From the NCBI GenBank assembly GCA_034676785.1, contig JAXDDP010000157.1, positions 25,920 to 89,919 of the forward strand: DNA of 64,000 nt, in the 5' to 3' direction. Of the stretch, positions 9,786-19,091 are shown one piece after another. The position numbers and the translations under genes were made by a program. The DNA is from Anaerolineae bacterium (lineage in GTDB: Bacteria > Chloroflexota > Anaerolineae > B4-G1 > SLSP01). The first letter of the stretch is position 1. Each line of letters opens with the position of its first letter. The notes under the pieces were generated by a model that searched no databases, had not been told where the DNA came from, and saw only the letters and a program-made list of their open reading frames with translations.

Positions 9786-11180
9786 ATGCTTAAACCACTC
9801 GTCGCGATCGTGGGACGCCCCAATGTAGGCAAGTCCACACTTTTCAACCGTATCATCGGAGAACGCAGAGCTGTCGTGAGCGATATCGCCGGCACCACGC
9901 GGGACCGGATTATCGCTGACGCCGAATGGAACGGCCACACGTTTCAGGTCATCGACACCGGCGGCATCGAGATCCTTCCGTCAACGGTGGAGAGTGGGCG
10001 TGCACCACTCGGTAAGGAGCCCCTCCTCCTCGACTCCGAAGACTTCATTCCACTGATCCGGGCACAGGCCCAGACCGCGATTGAGGATGCGGATCTCGTA
10101 ATCTTCCTCACAGATGCTGAGGCAGGCATCACTGCTGCCGATCGTGAGGTCGCCGATCTCCTTCGTAAGTCGAAGAAGCCGGTCTTCCTGGTCGCCAACA
10201 AGGCTGAGAGCCACACGCGCGAACAGAATGCACTGGAGTTCTATGAGCTCGGTATTGGGGACGTCTACGCCGTGTCGGCCATCCACGGCAGCGGCATCGG
10301 CGACCTCCTGGATCTCATCGTCGAGCAGCTTCCCTGGATCGAGGAAGATGAACAGCCCGATGACGACGCCATCCACATCGCCATCATTGGCCGACCCAAC
10401 GTGGGCAAATCCTCGCTGCTGAACCGCTTGCTGGGCCACGAGCGTGCCATTGTGAGTCCTGTCGCTGGCACCACCCGTGATGCTGTCGATACGGCGATGG
10501 AGTACGAGGGCCAACGGTATGTCCTGGTGGATACGGCTGGGATCCGCCGGCGCGGGAAGGTCGAAACCGGCGTCGAGAAATGGAGCGTGCTGCGAACAGC
10601 ACGCGCGCTACAGCGAACCGACCTGGCACTCTTGCTCATCGACGCTACCGAAGGAATCACAGCCCAGGACACCCATGTTGCAGGAATGACACTTGATGAG
10701 GGCGTAAGCGTTGTCGTCCTGGTCAACAAATGGGATGCGATCGATTCGGAGTTACGTGAACGGCGTGCTGATATCGAGGAGCACGTCCGTGAGGAGCTGA
10801 AGTTTCTGAGCTATGTTCCCGTGCTCTTTGTCTCGGCATTGACCGGTCTGGGGGTGCATCAGGTCCTGCCGATTGCCCAACAGATCGTCGAGGCGCGATA
10901 TCAGCAGCTTCCCTCCGCCCTACTCAACGACCTGATCCAAAGAGCAACGATCGAGCACGCGCCACCCAGCAAGAGCGGCCGTCGCCTGCGCATCTTCTCG
11001 GTTACACAGACCCGTGTAGCCCCACCTCACCTCGTCTTTTCAGTCGATGATCCCAAGCTGGTCCATTTCTCCTATCAGCGCTACCTTGAGAATCGCATCC
11101 GCGAGGCGTACCCCTTCCCTGGGACTCCAATCCAGATGACCTTCCGCGGGAACAAGCCAGACCGGAAAACAAAACGCTAG
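9786..11180 (+). CDS. der: Ribosome-associated GTPase Der (EngA), two tandem GTPase domains plus KH-like domain
   Basis: Two G-domains are present: GRPNVGKSTLFN / DTGG / NKAE and GRPNVGKSSLLN / DTAG / NKWD. Start chosen at MLKPLVAIVG (ATG 9786). Confidence 0.95.
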   Translation: MLKPLVAIVGRPNVGKSTLFNRIIGERRAVVSDIAGTTRDRIIADAEWNGHTFQVIDTGGIEILPSTVESGRAPLGKEPLLLDSEDFIPLIRAQAQTAIEDADLVIFLTDAEAGITAADREVADLLRKSKKPVFLVANKAESHTREQNALEFYELGIGDVYAVSAIHGSGIGDLLDLIVEQLPWIEEDEQPDDDAIHIAIIGRPNVGKSSLLNRLLGHERAIVSPVAGTTRDAVDTAMEYEGQRYVLVDTAGIRRRGKVETGVEKWSVLRTARALQRTDLALLLIDATEGITAQDTHVAGMTLDEGVSVVVLVNKWDAIDSELRERRADIEEHVREELKFLSYVPVLFVSALTGLGVHQVLPIAQQIVEARYQQLPSALLNDLIQRATIEHAPPSKSGRRLRIFSVTQTRVAPPHLVFSVDDPKLVHFSYQRYLENRIREAYPFPGTPIQMTFRGNKPDRKTKR

Positions 11181-11190
11181 GTGGTGCCCC

Positions 11191-14100
11191 GTGCGATCAG
11201 AGCTCAGGGTCGAGGTCAGCAGACTGGGCAACAGATTCTTGGCCGTCACCAGACGTCAAGATGGCCAGGAGATACTGAGCAATGAGTTCCGCCTCGATCT
11301 CTCTGATCCATCCGAGCACCTGCCGCTGTGGGTATCTGGCTGGGATAGGCCGGGCCAGGGGCGAGACTCGCAACGCGATAGTCGAACCAGAGCCCGGCAT
11401 CAAGCAATAGCCGCAGGCCGTAGCCTCTACCGGCATCTCTTTGGGAACGGAAAAGGGCTACGGGCTTACCTTGCACAGCTACCGCCTGGTGAGCCCTGTC
11501 AGGTCACGCTTTCCATCGGTCGCGAGGCTTATCCCCTCTGGAGACTCCCCTGGGAAACCCTCCACGATGGGAAAGGGTTCCTGGGCCTGGACGGACTCTT
11601 CCCTATCAGTCGCCGTCCCGCCGACCTACGCACCCTCACGCCTCAGCCCGGCGCATCTCCGCTGAGGGTGCTTGCTGTCATCGCCAACCCCGAAGACCAA
11701 GTGCGCTATGACACCGCGCTGGTGTCGGGCGTGCTGCTGGAGTCGCTTGATCTGCTCATCGGTCAAGGATTAGCCAAGCTTGAAATCCTCACCGAACCCA
11801 CATCTGCTGCGCTACTGGCTGCCGTACGTGAGAAGGTCTATCATGCGATCCACTTCATTGGGCACGGTGTCTACCACCTCACCGAAAGCCGGGGCTTTCT
11901 GTGCCTCGAGGATGATGTCGGCAAGACCGAGCTGCTGAGTGGCGCCCAACTCCCTCGGTTCCTTGAGAGCTGGTCTCCGCGACTCTTCCTGCTTTCAGCC
12001 TGTCCGACGGCTCAAGTAGGCGCATCCGACGCCTTCACGGGTGTGGCCGATGAACTACTCCACCACGAAGTCCCGGCGGTCATTGCAGCTGCGGCCCATC
12101 TGGAGCCCGCGGCGGCAGTTGCCTACTATAGGGCGCTCTATTCGGAGCTTGCCGCTGGCGCACCGCTCATAGACAGCATCCAAAAAGGCCGGCTTGCACT
12201 TCAAGAAATCGAAGACGCCGCGCCCCGGGATTATCAGACACTTACCTGGGCTATGCCGACCCTGTATCTTCGAGCACCTGACATGAGGCTCATACAGGCT
12301 GAAACGGCATTGGCGGCCGAGGAATCGCTCAGGGCATCACCCCCGACCGCATTCGCAGGAGATCACCCAGCATTTGGGGACGCGATCGGACGGAAGCAGG
12401 AGCTCCAGACGATTCGCAAGGCGCTCAAAGAGGGTGACCGTATCTTCTACATCTGGGGTCACGAGGGCATCGGCAAGCGCCACCTTGTCTCGCAGCTCCT
12501 GGCGCGCTGGCAGTCCAGACCAAGTGCAGTCCTCAGGGTGAATTGTCGTAACGTGGAAGAGCCACTTGCCGTCTTGGGGGAGATCGCCGATTTCTGGCGT
12601 GGCGCCTCGTCTGATGGGGATCGCGAAGCGCCCAGGATACTGCTCGATCTGCGCCTCGATCCGTATGAGCGCGCCCGCACCGCTATGCAACAACTGGCCG
12701 ACAAACGGTATATGATCGTTCTGGACGACATTGATGCGTGGTTCGATGATAGTGGTGACTCTCCGCACGACACCATCGCCGATGCCACCGTTCGGAGCAT
12801 TCTGCTTGGCCTTATGAGCGTGCCGAGCCGCTCTGTCTTCCTGATCACGGGAAGTCGAGCTTGGGTGGACCTTGCCGCGGCCAATTCGGAAAACCTACGG
12901 CAGATTCACATTCCCCTCCTGCCGCTTGAGCCAACGATCCGGCTGATGCATCAGTGGCCGGAGCTACGTGGCCTCTCTGGCGACCAGAAGGAGCTGGCTC
13001 ACTGGCATCTGGGCGGCCACCCAAAGGCTTTGCAGCTCCTCGCTGGCTGGATGCGTTACGGAGGCAATCTGGAAGCACTCCTCGCGGATCCACCTGTTTC
13101 CAATCGAGCGACACAAGCGTGGATCTCATACCTTGCAACCGACATCCTCGCACATCTTGATCCCGGAGCATTTGACGTGCTGCGATCGCTGGCGATCCTC
13201 ACGAAACCCTTCACGGCGGCTACAATGGCAAAGCTAACGCCCGTGACATCTGAGCATGCCGCGATTCTTGTCGCGGACTGGCAACGCCTCGGGCTGATCG
13301 ACGATGCCAAGACAGATGAGCCAGGACTCTTGAGCGTCCAGCCTGAAGTCCGCCGCATCATCCTGGCACGGCTCTCCGCCGACGAGACCAGTGCGCTCCA
13401 TCGGCAGGCAGCGGCCTACTACGGTGCGCCGTTGGTCGATGCAGCTCGCCGACAGATCCTGGCTCGCAATATCACGGCCTGGTCTCAGGAGCGGGTCGAA
13501 TGGCTCGCCAGCGATACGAATGGCGTTCTTGGCATCTGGCTGCGCCAACCGCCGGACGATCACAGAGTGACCGATGTATTGGGGTGCGCGCTAGCGTGGC
13601 AGCACCACCTCATGCTTGCTGGCGCGCTATCTGCCGCGTCTCACATCGTCCAGACGATCACGCCCGAACTCAATCGTCGCGGTCAGCGAGAACTTTCGCG
13701 CAAGCTCATCCAGCAGACCACCGAAACGCACGAAGGCTTCCACGTGTTGCCTGAGGCGAACGCATCCGTGGCTCCGGGCCTGGATACCGGCGACCTCACC
13801 ACCACGGCTCGGGCCTACGAGCGTGCCTACAAAGCCTTGGATCCAAAGAAGGATCGACGCCAGCGTGCGCACTTGCTCGTCCAGCTAGCTGACGTGAACC
13901 GGCAGCTTGGGCGGCGCCAGGCAGTCGTCCAGTGCCTGCGCACTGCGACCGAGACATTGCGTCAAGAACGCGACACCAAAGGCGAAGCTGAGAGTCTCTA
14001 CAGGCTGGCCAGGGCGTATCGCGAGCTTCCCGATCACAAACGTGCCCTCGTATCGAGCCAGGCAGCACGCGAACTCTTCGAATCGCTCACCCTGCCGCAC

Positions 14101-14451
14101 GGTCTCGCAGCGGTTGAGCGCGAGCAGGGACTGATCTTGCGCGAGTTAGGATTCCCTGACCAGGCGCTGGAGCGTTTTGCCTCCAGCTTGCGTCTCTGTC
14201 GCGATCTTGACGATCGCTCCGGCGTCGTCGCAAACCTGATGGACATCGGGTTGCTCCTTGAGCGACTCGGCAAGACTGAGATGGCCATCCAGGTGATCGA
14301 GGAGGCACTCGATCACTGCGACTATCTGCACGACCCCGACCACGCTGAGGTTTTATCACTGCTTGAGCGGCTCTATGGTCGGCAACAGCGCCTCAATGAA
14401 GCGATGGCGCGGTACCGGACAGCGAGACGCAGCGCTGAGGCGCAGTCCTAG
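11191..14451 (+). CDS. CHAT (caspase-fold) protease domain fused to a STAND-type P-loop NTPase and C-terminal TPR repeats
   Basis: CHAT dyad: AIHFIGHG (His codon 11863..11865) and LFLLSAC (Cys codon 12001..12003). P-loop IWGHEGIGKRHL (about 12457) and Walker B YMIVLDDID. The C-terminal about 250 aa contains TPR-like repeats (AESLYRLARAYRELPDHKRAL, ANLMDIGLLLERLGKTEMAI). GTG start lies 10 nt after the der stop. Confidence 0.88.
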   Translation: MRSELRVEVSRLGNRFLAVTRRQDGQEILSNEFRLDLSDPSEHLPLWVSGWDRPGQGRDSQRDSRTRARHQAIAAGRSLYRHLFGNGKGLRAYLAQLPPGEPCQVTLSIGREAYPLWRLPWETLHDGKGFLGLDGLFPISRRPADLRTLTPQPGASPLRVLAVIANPEDQVRYDTALVSGVLLESLDLLIGQGLAKLEILTEPTSAALLAAVREKVYHAIHFIGHGVYHLTESRGFLCLEDDVGKTELLSGAQLPRFLESWSPRLFLLSACPTAQVGASDAFTGVADELLHHEVPAVIAAAAHLEPAAAVAYYRALYSELAAGAPLIDSIQKGRLALQEIEDAAPRDYQTLTWAMPTLYLRAPDMRLIQAETALAAEESLRASPPTAFAGDHPAFGDAIGRKQELQTIRKALKEGDRIFYIWGHEGIGKRHLVSQLLARWQSRPSAVLRVNCRNVEEPLAVLGEIADFWRGASSDGDREAPRILLDLRLDPYERARTAMQQLADKRYMIVLDDIDAWFDDSGDSPHDTIADATVRSILLGLMSVPSRSVFLITGSRAWVDLAAANSENLRQIHIPLLPLEPTIRLMHQWPELRGLSGDQKELAHWHLGGHPKALQLLAGWMRYGGNLEALLADPPVSNRATQAWISYLATDILAHLDPGAFDVLRSLAILTKPFTAATMAKLTPVTSEHAAILVADWQRLGLIDDAKTDEPGLLSVQPEVRRIILARLSADETSALHRQAAAYYGAPLVDAARRQILARNITAWSQERVEWLASDTNGVLGIWLRQPPDDHRVTDVLGCALAWQHHLMLAGALSAASHIVQTITPELNRRGQRELSRKLIQQTTETHEGFHVLPEANASVAPGLDTGDLTTTARAYERAYKALDPKKDRRQRAHLLVQLADVNRQLGRRQAVVQCLRTATETLRQERDTKGEAESLYRLARAYRELPDHKRALVSSQAARELFESLTLPHGLAAVEREQGLILRELGFPDQALERFASSLRLCRDLDDRSGVVANLMDIGLLLERLGKTEMAIQVIEEALDHCDYLHDPDHAEVLSLLERLYGRQQRLNEAMARYRTARRSAEAQS

Positions 14452-14459
14452 CTATCCAC

Positions 14460-17400
14460 TCAGGGTGATGCCTGCGCATCGACCGTGGTGAGCAGTGCAC
14501 GATCCTCCGGAACTCGCTCATCGCCAACGTAAAGCGCGGACCGCGATCCATCCCTCGCGTCATACAGCCCGATGTAGAGCTCGTAGGTACCCGAGGGCGC
14601 GCCAGGGCCAAGCCTGAGGATGTGCTCGTCGGCGATTATCTCTCCGGCGAGCCAGGTCATCGTCGGAGCACGGCCTTGAGCAGGCCCACTGTCAGACTGT
14701 CCCCATACACGACCGTCCGGGCCTACAGCGTGAACAAAGACCGTATAGTCGCGGGGAGCGTCACCTGACGCACGCCAATAGAGCGTGACGCTTAGCACAT
14801 CACCGGGTCCAAGTGACACCGGCGAGATGTCAGCACCCAGGAGACTGCCAATGCGGGCGGCAGTCAATCTGGCGGAAATCCCGGGTTGGTGCGAGAGCGT
14901 ATAGCTCCGGGGTCGCTGCACGATGGTCAGCCCTCCCAGCACAACCGTCTCGCCCAACGTCGAGGGGGCCATAGGGTCACCGCCAGACGGCGTGACTGAA
15001 AGCCAGCACGTTTCCTCTAGGGCCGCTGTCGCGATCGCCGGGCTCAGGCGTGGTGCAAAGCGCAGAACATAGCGGACCCCGACCGTCCAGAGGGCGGGCC
15101 TCCCGACTGGCAACGACAAGGTGCCCCCATCACGGCTCACACCGTTACACACGAGGTCCCAGTGCAGGCCCTCCGGCGGTTCACCTTCCAGACGTTCAAC
15201 ACCCAGGCTGAAGGGGAGCTGTTGACCAGCCAGCACGCGCATTGTGCCGAGCTCAGTCGCCACGACCCGCAGACCTGGCCAGCTGCTGTCGGCGGGCAGG
15301 TCCAGAGACAGCTCGGCACCATGGTCACGCGCCGAACCCACATCTACAGTACCGAGGTCCAGCTCGGTGCCGGCGAAGGTACCGTCGGCTCGTCCAATGC
15401 CCAGGATCCCCTGTGGGCCGCTTACACGCAACACAAGGCGGTACACTCCGGGTGGAAGGTGTTGCGGTAGGACGATGTAGGCTTCCGCATCGATGGTCAT
15501 CCCCACAGGCCAATCCGGCGCGGCCCATCCCCAGTTGTTGAGCAACCTGCGCCCACCTTCCGCCCAGATGACCTCATCTCCATCGCCGTCACTGCGTAGA
15601 GCCAGGTAGACTTCCACCTCTTCTTGGGGCACCTGAGCCCGCCAGCGCAGCCTCAGGGTTACCGGATCCGGAGGTCGCGTCGGGCCATCCCAGGTCGCTG
15701 CCAGAAGGTCCAGACCGCCGCCGAAACGGGCGAGGTAAGGCAGACCCTGCGGGAGATCGGCCAGAACCCTGCACCTTTCAGCCTCCCAGCCGAGGATCGG
15801 ACCATCAGCCTCACAGATAAGACTACCGGCCTCGACAGCTTCATCGCGCGCGTGTCTGAGCTGTGCCTCTGTAAGCGGATGGCATTGTGGAGCGTGGATC
15901 CAGTAGAAGCTATCCCCGGTTGTCCGTTGTGCGAGCCATGCCCGCAGCGTGACCGGGTCTGTGGCTGGCGCCACAGCATCGGCAGGAAGGCCCGGAAGTG
16001 GACCCGGCGCGACGAGCGGACCCAGCGACGTCGTCGTCTGCACGCGGCCATAGACTTGGGACTGCGCTCTTCCCGCAGCCTGGAGTTCGGCCAGAAGCGC
16101 ATACGACCCGGGCGGAGAGCCCTCACCACTGATGAGGAAGTCTGTGCACCCCAGAAGGCTCTTTTCCCAGGGGATGGTGCTTCCCGTGAACAGGCCGGCT
16201 GTACCCGGGACATTGCTGGTCATCACCGACGCGCCTCCGGCGTGCTGGCTCAGCCAACGAGCCGCCAGCCCCGATGCCTCGCCCCAGCCCAGAGGCACTA
16301 CGTGCTGGGCAACCCATGGTCCCCCAAGGATTGGATCCGCGTACTGCAGCGGAAGCAACGCCACAGACGCCCACGGAAGCGCCAAGCTGACCAGCCCGGC
16401 AAACCGCGCCGCTCGGCTCCGATGCGACCAGGCCGTGACGGCCACAACTGTGAGGAGCGGGATGAGAGTCAACACATACCGGTCAAACTTCTTCCCTGCA
16501 GCCGAAATGCCAACCAGAGTGCTGAGAGCGGGCAATAGGATCCACGCCAGATAACGGAAACGGATGGCGCATTTGTCGCGACGCTGCCAAATCCAGGAGA
16601 GCAGGCCAATCAGCACCGGCGGCGTTAGCCGGAAGAACAACACGGTCGGGTAGAACCACACCCCCGGATCGGTGCCCGTTTCGCCAGCAAAGAAGACGGG
16701 ACGAAGGCCAATACCCTCGTGATAGGTCACGGCTCCGATGAGCAAGTCGAACGCCTCTCGGGGTGCAAACCACATCGGTGGATACAACAGCACCAGGAAA
16801 GTCGTCGTCAGCAGCCCTAACACGACGACGCGAGCGACTCGCACGCGGATTGGGCCCTTCCACCAGAGGAAAATGGCCAATGCCAGCCCTGGTGCTGCCA
16901 AAAGACCCAGCGTCTTGGTCAGGCCCGCCAGCGCCAGGAAGGCCGCGGTTGCCACGATGCTTGGCAGCCATGCACGAGTTGCGTTGCCTGTTGTCCGGCG
17001 GCGAACCGGCAGGGCAAAGACCACAGCAAGAAGCACAAAGGTTGCCTGAAGCCCATCCGTGTGCAGCAGCCCTGAATGGCCGGCGACAAAGGGATCGAGA
17101 GCCAGGCACAAAGCTGCCAGCCTCGCAACCTGACCACCGATCCGGCGTTTGGCGACGCAAAAGGCGAGAGTTAACCCCGCCGACGTCACAAGCGCGACAA
17201 GCGTTCGGCCCGCAGGCAGGAAGGCAACCAGGTGGGGAAAGGCAGCCCCATTCTCAGGCGCAAGCGAAGCAATGCGGCCGATCCAGTCACGCTGCACTGC
17301 AGCTTCAGCTGGGCTGATCCGCTCCGTGATCCAGATGCCCAGCGCGCCCAGAGCCATCGTCGTCATCCCGGGGTGGCCTGTCTGAGGGACAGCTGACAGA

Positions 17401-17564
17401 TCACCGGTCTCGACGGCCGTGAGCAACTGATGACTGCGCAGAACCCAGATCGGCTCGTCCGGCGTGACATAGAGGCCCAGCGGGATCAGACGGACGATAA
17501 CCGCAACAGCGAAGATCGCGGCGCCCAGAGCGATCGATCCGGTCCGGCGTGGCCGCCGTTTCAC
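14460..17564 (-). CDS. GT-C fold glycosyltransferase (family 39/83-like, PMT/ArnT type) with a large C-terminal extracytoplasmic domain
   Basis: The N-terminal half has at least 10 predicted TM helices. A first-loop DE motif (YVTPDEPIW) is typical of PMT/ArnT enzymes. The C-terminal about 520 aa is soluble. GTG start at 17564 lies 1 nt after the stop of the upstream GT2 gene. Confidence 0.8.
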   Translation of the reverse strand: MKRRPRRTGSIALGAAIFAVAVIVRLIPLGLYVTPDEPIWVLRSHQLLTAVETGDLSAVPQTGHPGMTTMALGALGIWITERISPAEAAVQRDWIGRIASLAPENGAAFPHLVAFLPAGRTLVALVTSAGLTLAFCVAKRRIGGQVARLAALCLALDPFVAGHSGLLHTDGLQATFVLLAVVFALPVRRRTTGNATRAWLPSIVATAAFLALAGLTKTLGLLAAPGLALAIFLWWKGPIRVRVARVVVLGLLTTTFLVLLYPPMWFAPREAFDLLIGAVTYHEGIGLRPVFFAGETGTDPGVWFYPTVLFFRLTPPVLIGLLSWIWQRRDKCAIRFRYLAWILLPALSTLVGISAAGKKFDRYVLTLIPLLTVVAVTAWSHRSRAARFAGLVSLALPWASVALLPLQYADPILGGPWVAQHVVPLGWGEASGLAARWLSQHAGGASVMTSNVPGTAGLFTGSTIPWEKSLLGCTDFLISGEGSPPGSYALLAELQAAGRAQSQVYGRVQTTTSLGPLVAPGPLPGLPADAVAPATDPVTLRAWLAQRTTGDSFYWIHAPQCHPLTEAQLRHARDEAVEAGSLICEADGPILGWEAERCRVLADLPQGLPYLARFGGGLDLLAATWDGPTRPPDPVTLRLRWRAQVPQEEVEVYLALRSDGDGDEVIWAEGGRRLLNNWGWAAPDWPVGMTIDAEAYIVLPQHLPPGVYRLVLRVSGPQGILGIGRADGTFAGTELDLGTVDVGSARDHGAELSLDLPADSSWPGLRVVATELGTMRVLAGQQLPFSLGVERLEGEPPEGLHWDLVCNGVSRDGGTLSLPVGRPALWTVGVRYVLRFAPRLSPAIATAALEETCWLSVTPSGGDPMAPSTLGETVVLGGLTIVQRPRSYTLSHQPGISARLTAARIGSLLGADISPVSLGPGDVLSVTLYWRASGDAPRDYTVFVHAVGPDGRVWGQSDSGPAQGRAPTMTWLAGEIIADEHILRLGPGAPSGTYELYIGLYDARDGSRSALYVGDERVPEDRALLTTVDAQASP

Positions 17565-17565
17565 A

Positions 17566-18534
17566 CTATTCCTCGATTCGGATGGCGTAGACCGGTTTGT
17601 CCTGGACCTCGTAGTAGGTTCGGGCCTGAAGCTCGCCGAGCAAGCCCATCACCAGGAACTGTGCGCCGAGAATCATGAGCAGAATCGCCAGGGAGAGCAG
17701 CGGACGGTTGCCGATGTCAGCACCGGTGAAGATCTTGAACAACGCAAGGTACAGCGCCACCAGGAAGCCAATGCCACCGCTGGCCAAACCAGCCAGCCCA
17801 AAGAGTTGCATCGGGCGGCCCATATAGCTCAACAGAAAGGAGACCGTCACCAGGTCCAGGATGACGCGCACCGTCTTGGAGAGGTTGTACTTCGACTTAC
17901 CGAATGTGCGCGGACGATCATTAACCGGGACCTCAGCCACTCGCACACCCAGCCCTGAGGCAAGCGCCGGGATAAAGCGGTGAAGCTCGCCATAGAGGTT
18001 CACGTGCTTCGCAACATCGCGATGGTAGATCTTCAACGAGCAGCCGTAGTCGTGAAGCTTGACTCCCGTCGACCGGCCAATGATCCGATTTGCCAGTATC
18101 GATGGCAATCGTCGAGACAGGAATGGCTCCTTGCGCTCCTGCCTCCAACCACTCACGATATCGTAGTCGCCCTCTTCTGCCAGACTCAGCATCTTTGCGA
18201 TGTCGGCCGGATCGTTCTGTCCGTCGGCATCCATCGTGATGACATACCGGCCCCGCGACAGGTCAAAGCCAGCGGCAAACGCAGCGGTCTGTCCAAAGTT
18301 ACGCCTGAACCGAACAATGCGGAGATGCGGCTCATCGGACTTGAGGCTGCGCAGTATCGCCACGCTGTCGTCAGAGCTACCATCGTCCACAGCAACGATC
18401 TCGTAGGGCCTTCCCAGAGCTTTCAGCGCAGCAGACAACTCCGGGATGAAGAGCTGCAGGTTTCCGGCCTCGTTGTAGATCGGAAGCACGATCGAGATGT
18501 CGAGTTCAGGTGCTCCCACATGTTTGAGCGACAT
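17566..18534 (-). CDS. Family 2 glycosyltransferase, polyprenyl-phosphate sugar synthase type (DPM1/ArnC/GtrB-like)
   Basis: ISIVLPIYNEAGNL, VAVDDGSSDDS, MDADGQNDP (DxD) and two C-terminal TM helices match the GtrB/ArnC/Ppm1 architecture. GGAGGAGG precedes the ATG. Confidence 0.9.
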   Translation of the reverse strand: MSLKHVGAPELDISIVLPIYNEAGNLQLFIPELSAALKALGRPYEIVAVDDGSSDDSVAILRSLKSDEPHLRIVRFRRNFGQTAAFAAGFDLSRGRYVITMDADGQNDPADIAKMLSLAEEGDYDIVSGWRQERKEPFLSRRLPSILANRIIGRSTGVKLHDYGCSLKIYHRDVAKHVNLYGELHRFIPALASGLGVRVAEVPVNDRPRTFGKSKYNLSKTVRVILDLVTVSFLLSYMGRPMQLFGLAGLASGGIGFLVALYLALFKIFTGADIGNRPLLSLAILLMILGAQFLVMGLLGELQARTYYEVQDKPVYAIRIEE

Positions 18535-18658
18535 AGGTGGTTCCTCCTCCAGATCGCAACGGCCCTGACCACAGGCCGGATGCAGTTCGCTCTTGTTCTA
18601 CCACGAAGGCCCGATTCCTCAACCTGTCACAACCCCTGAGCCCTGCTTCTCAGCCGCC

Positions 18659-18686
18659 TTGACAGTCCCCCCTTCCACGTTATAAT
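18659..18686 (+). promoter_or_regulatory. Candidate promoter of rpmG (TTGACA-16 nt-TATAAT)
   Basis: TTGACA at 18659..18664 and TATAAT at 18681..18686 lie about 75 nt upstream of the rpmG ATG. Confidence 0.45.
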
Positions 18687-18761
18687 GCAGCCGATCTGAA
18701 GATATGGTACTGCGGCGGGCCTGGTCCAAGGGGCCGTCTGGAATGATGAGGAGGATCGATT

Positions 18762-18923
18762 ATGGCTAAGAAGGGCACACGTGTTCTCGTCAAGATGAAG
18801 AGCACCGAGAGCGGGCATATGTACTACACGCAGAAGAACCGCCGTAATGACACACAGCGACTCGAGTTGCGTCGGTACGATCCGTTCGTGCGCAAGCATG
18901 TCATTTACCGCGAGACCAAGTAA
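18762..18923 (+). CDS. rpmG: 50S ribosomal protein L33
   Basis: A 53-aa ORF, below the ORF-track cutoff: [53 protein letters not shown]. This matches the L33 pattern. GAGGAGG lies 7 nt upstream. Confidence 0.9.
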   Translation: MAKKGTRVLVKMKSTESGHMYYTQKNRRNDTQRLELRRYDPFVRKHVIYRETK

Positions 18924-18964
18924 CTCCTGAGACCTCTCTGATCGCACGAAGCGCAACCATTTGA

Positions 18965-19000
18965 CCCGGTGCTTATTCCTGAGCACCGGGTTTGCTTTTC
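18965..19000 (+). terminator. Rho-independent terminator after rpmG
   Basis: Stem CCCGGTGCT (18965..18973) pairs with AGCACCGGG (18982..18990) around an 8-nt loop, followed by TTTGCTTTTC. Confidence 0.7.
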
Positions 19001-19091
19001 ATGGTGGTATTATATAGACGATATGTGTATACTATATATTGCATATTGTCACTGGGCGTAGCGCCCTCCTGGAAAGGAGCACGATATCACC

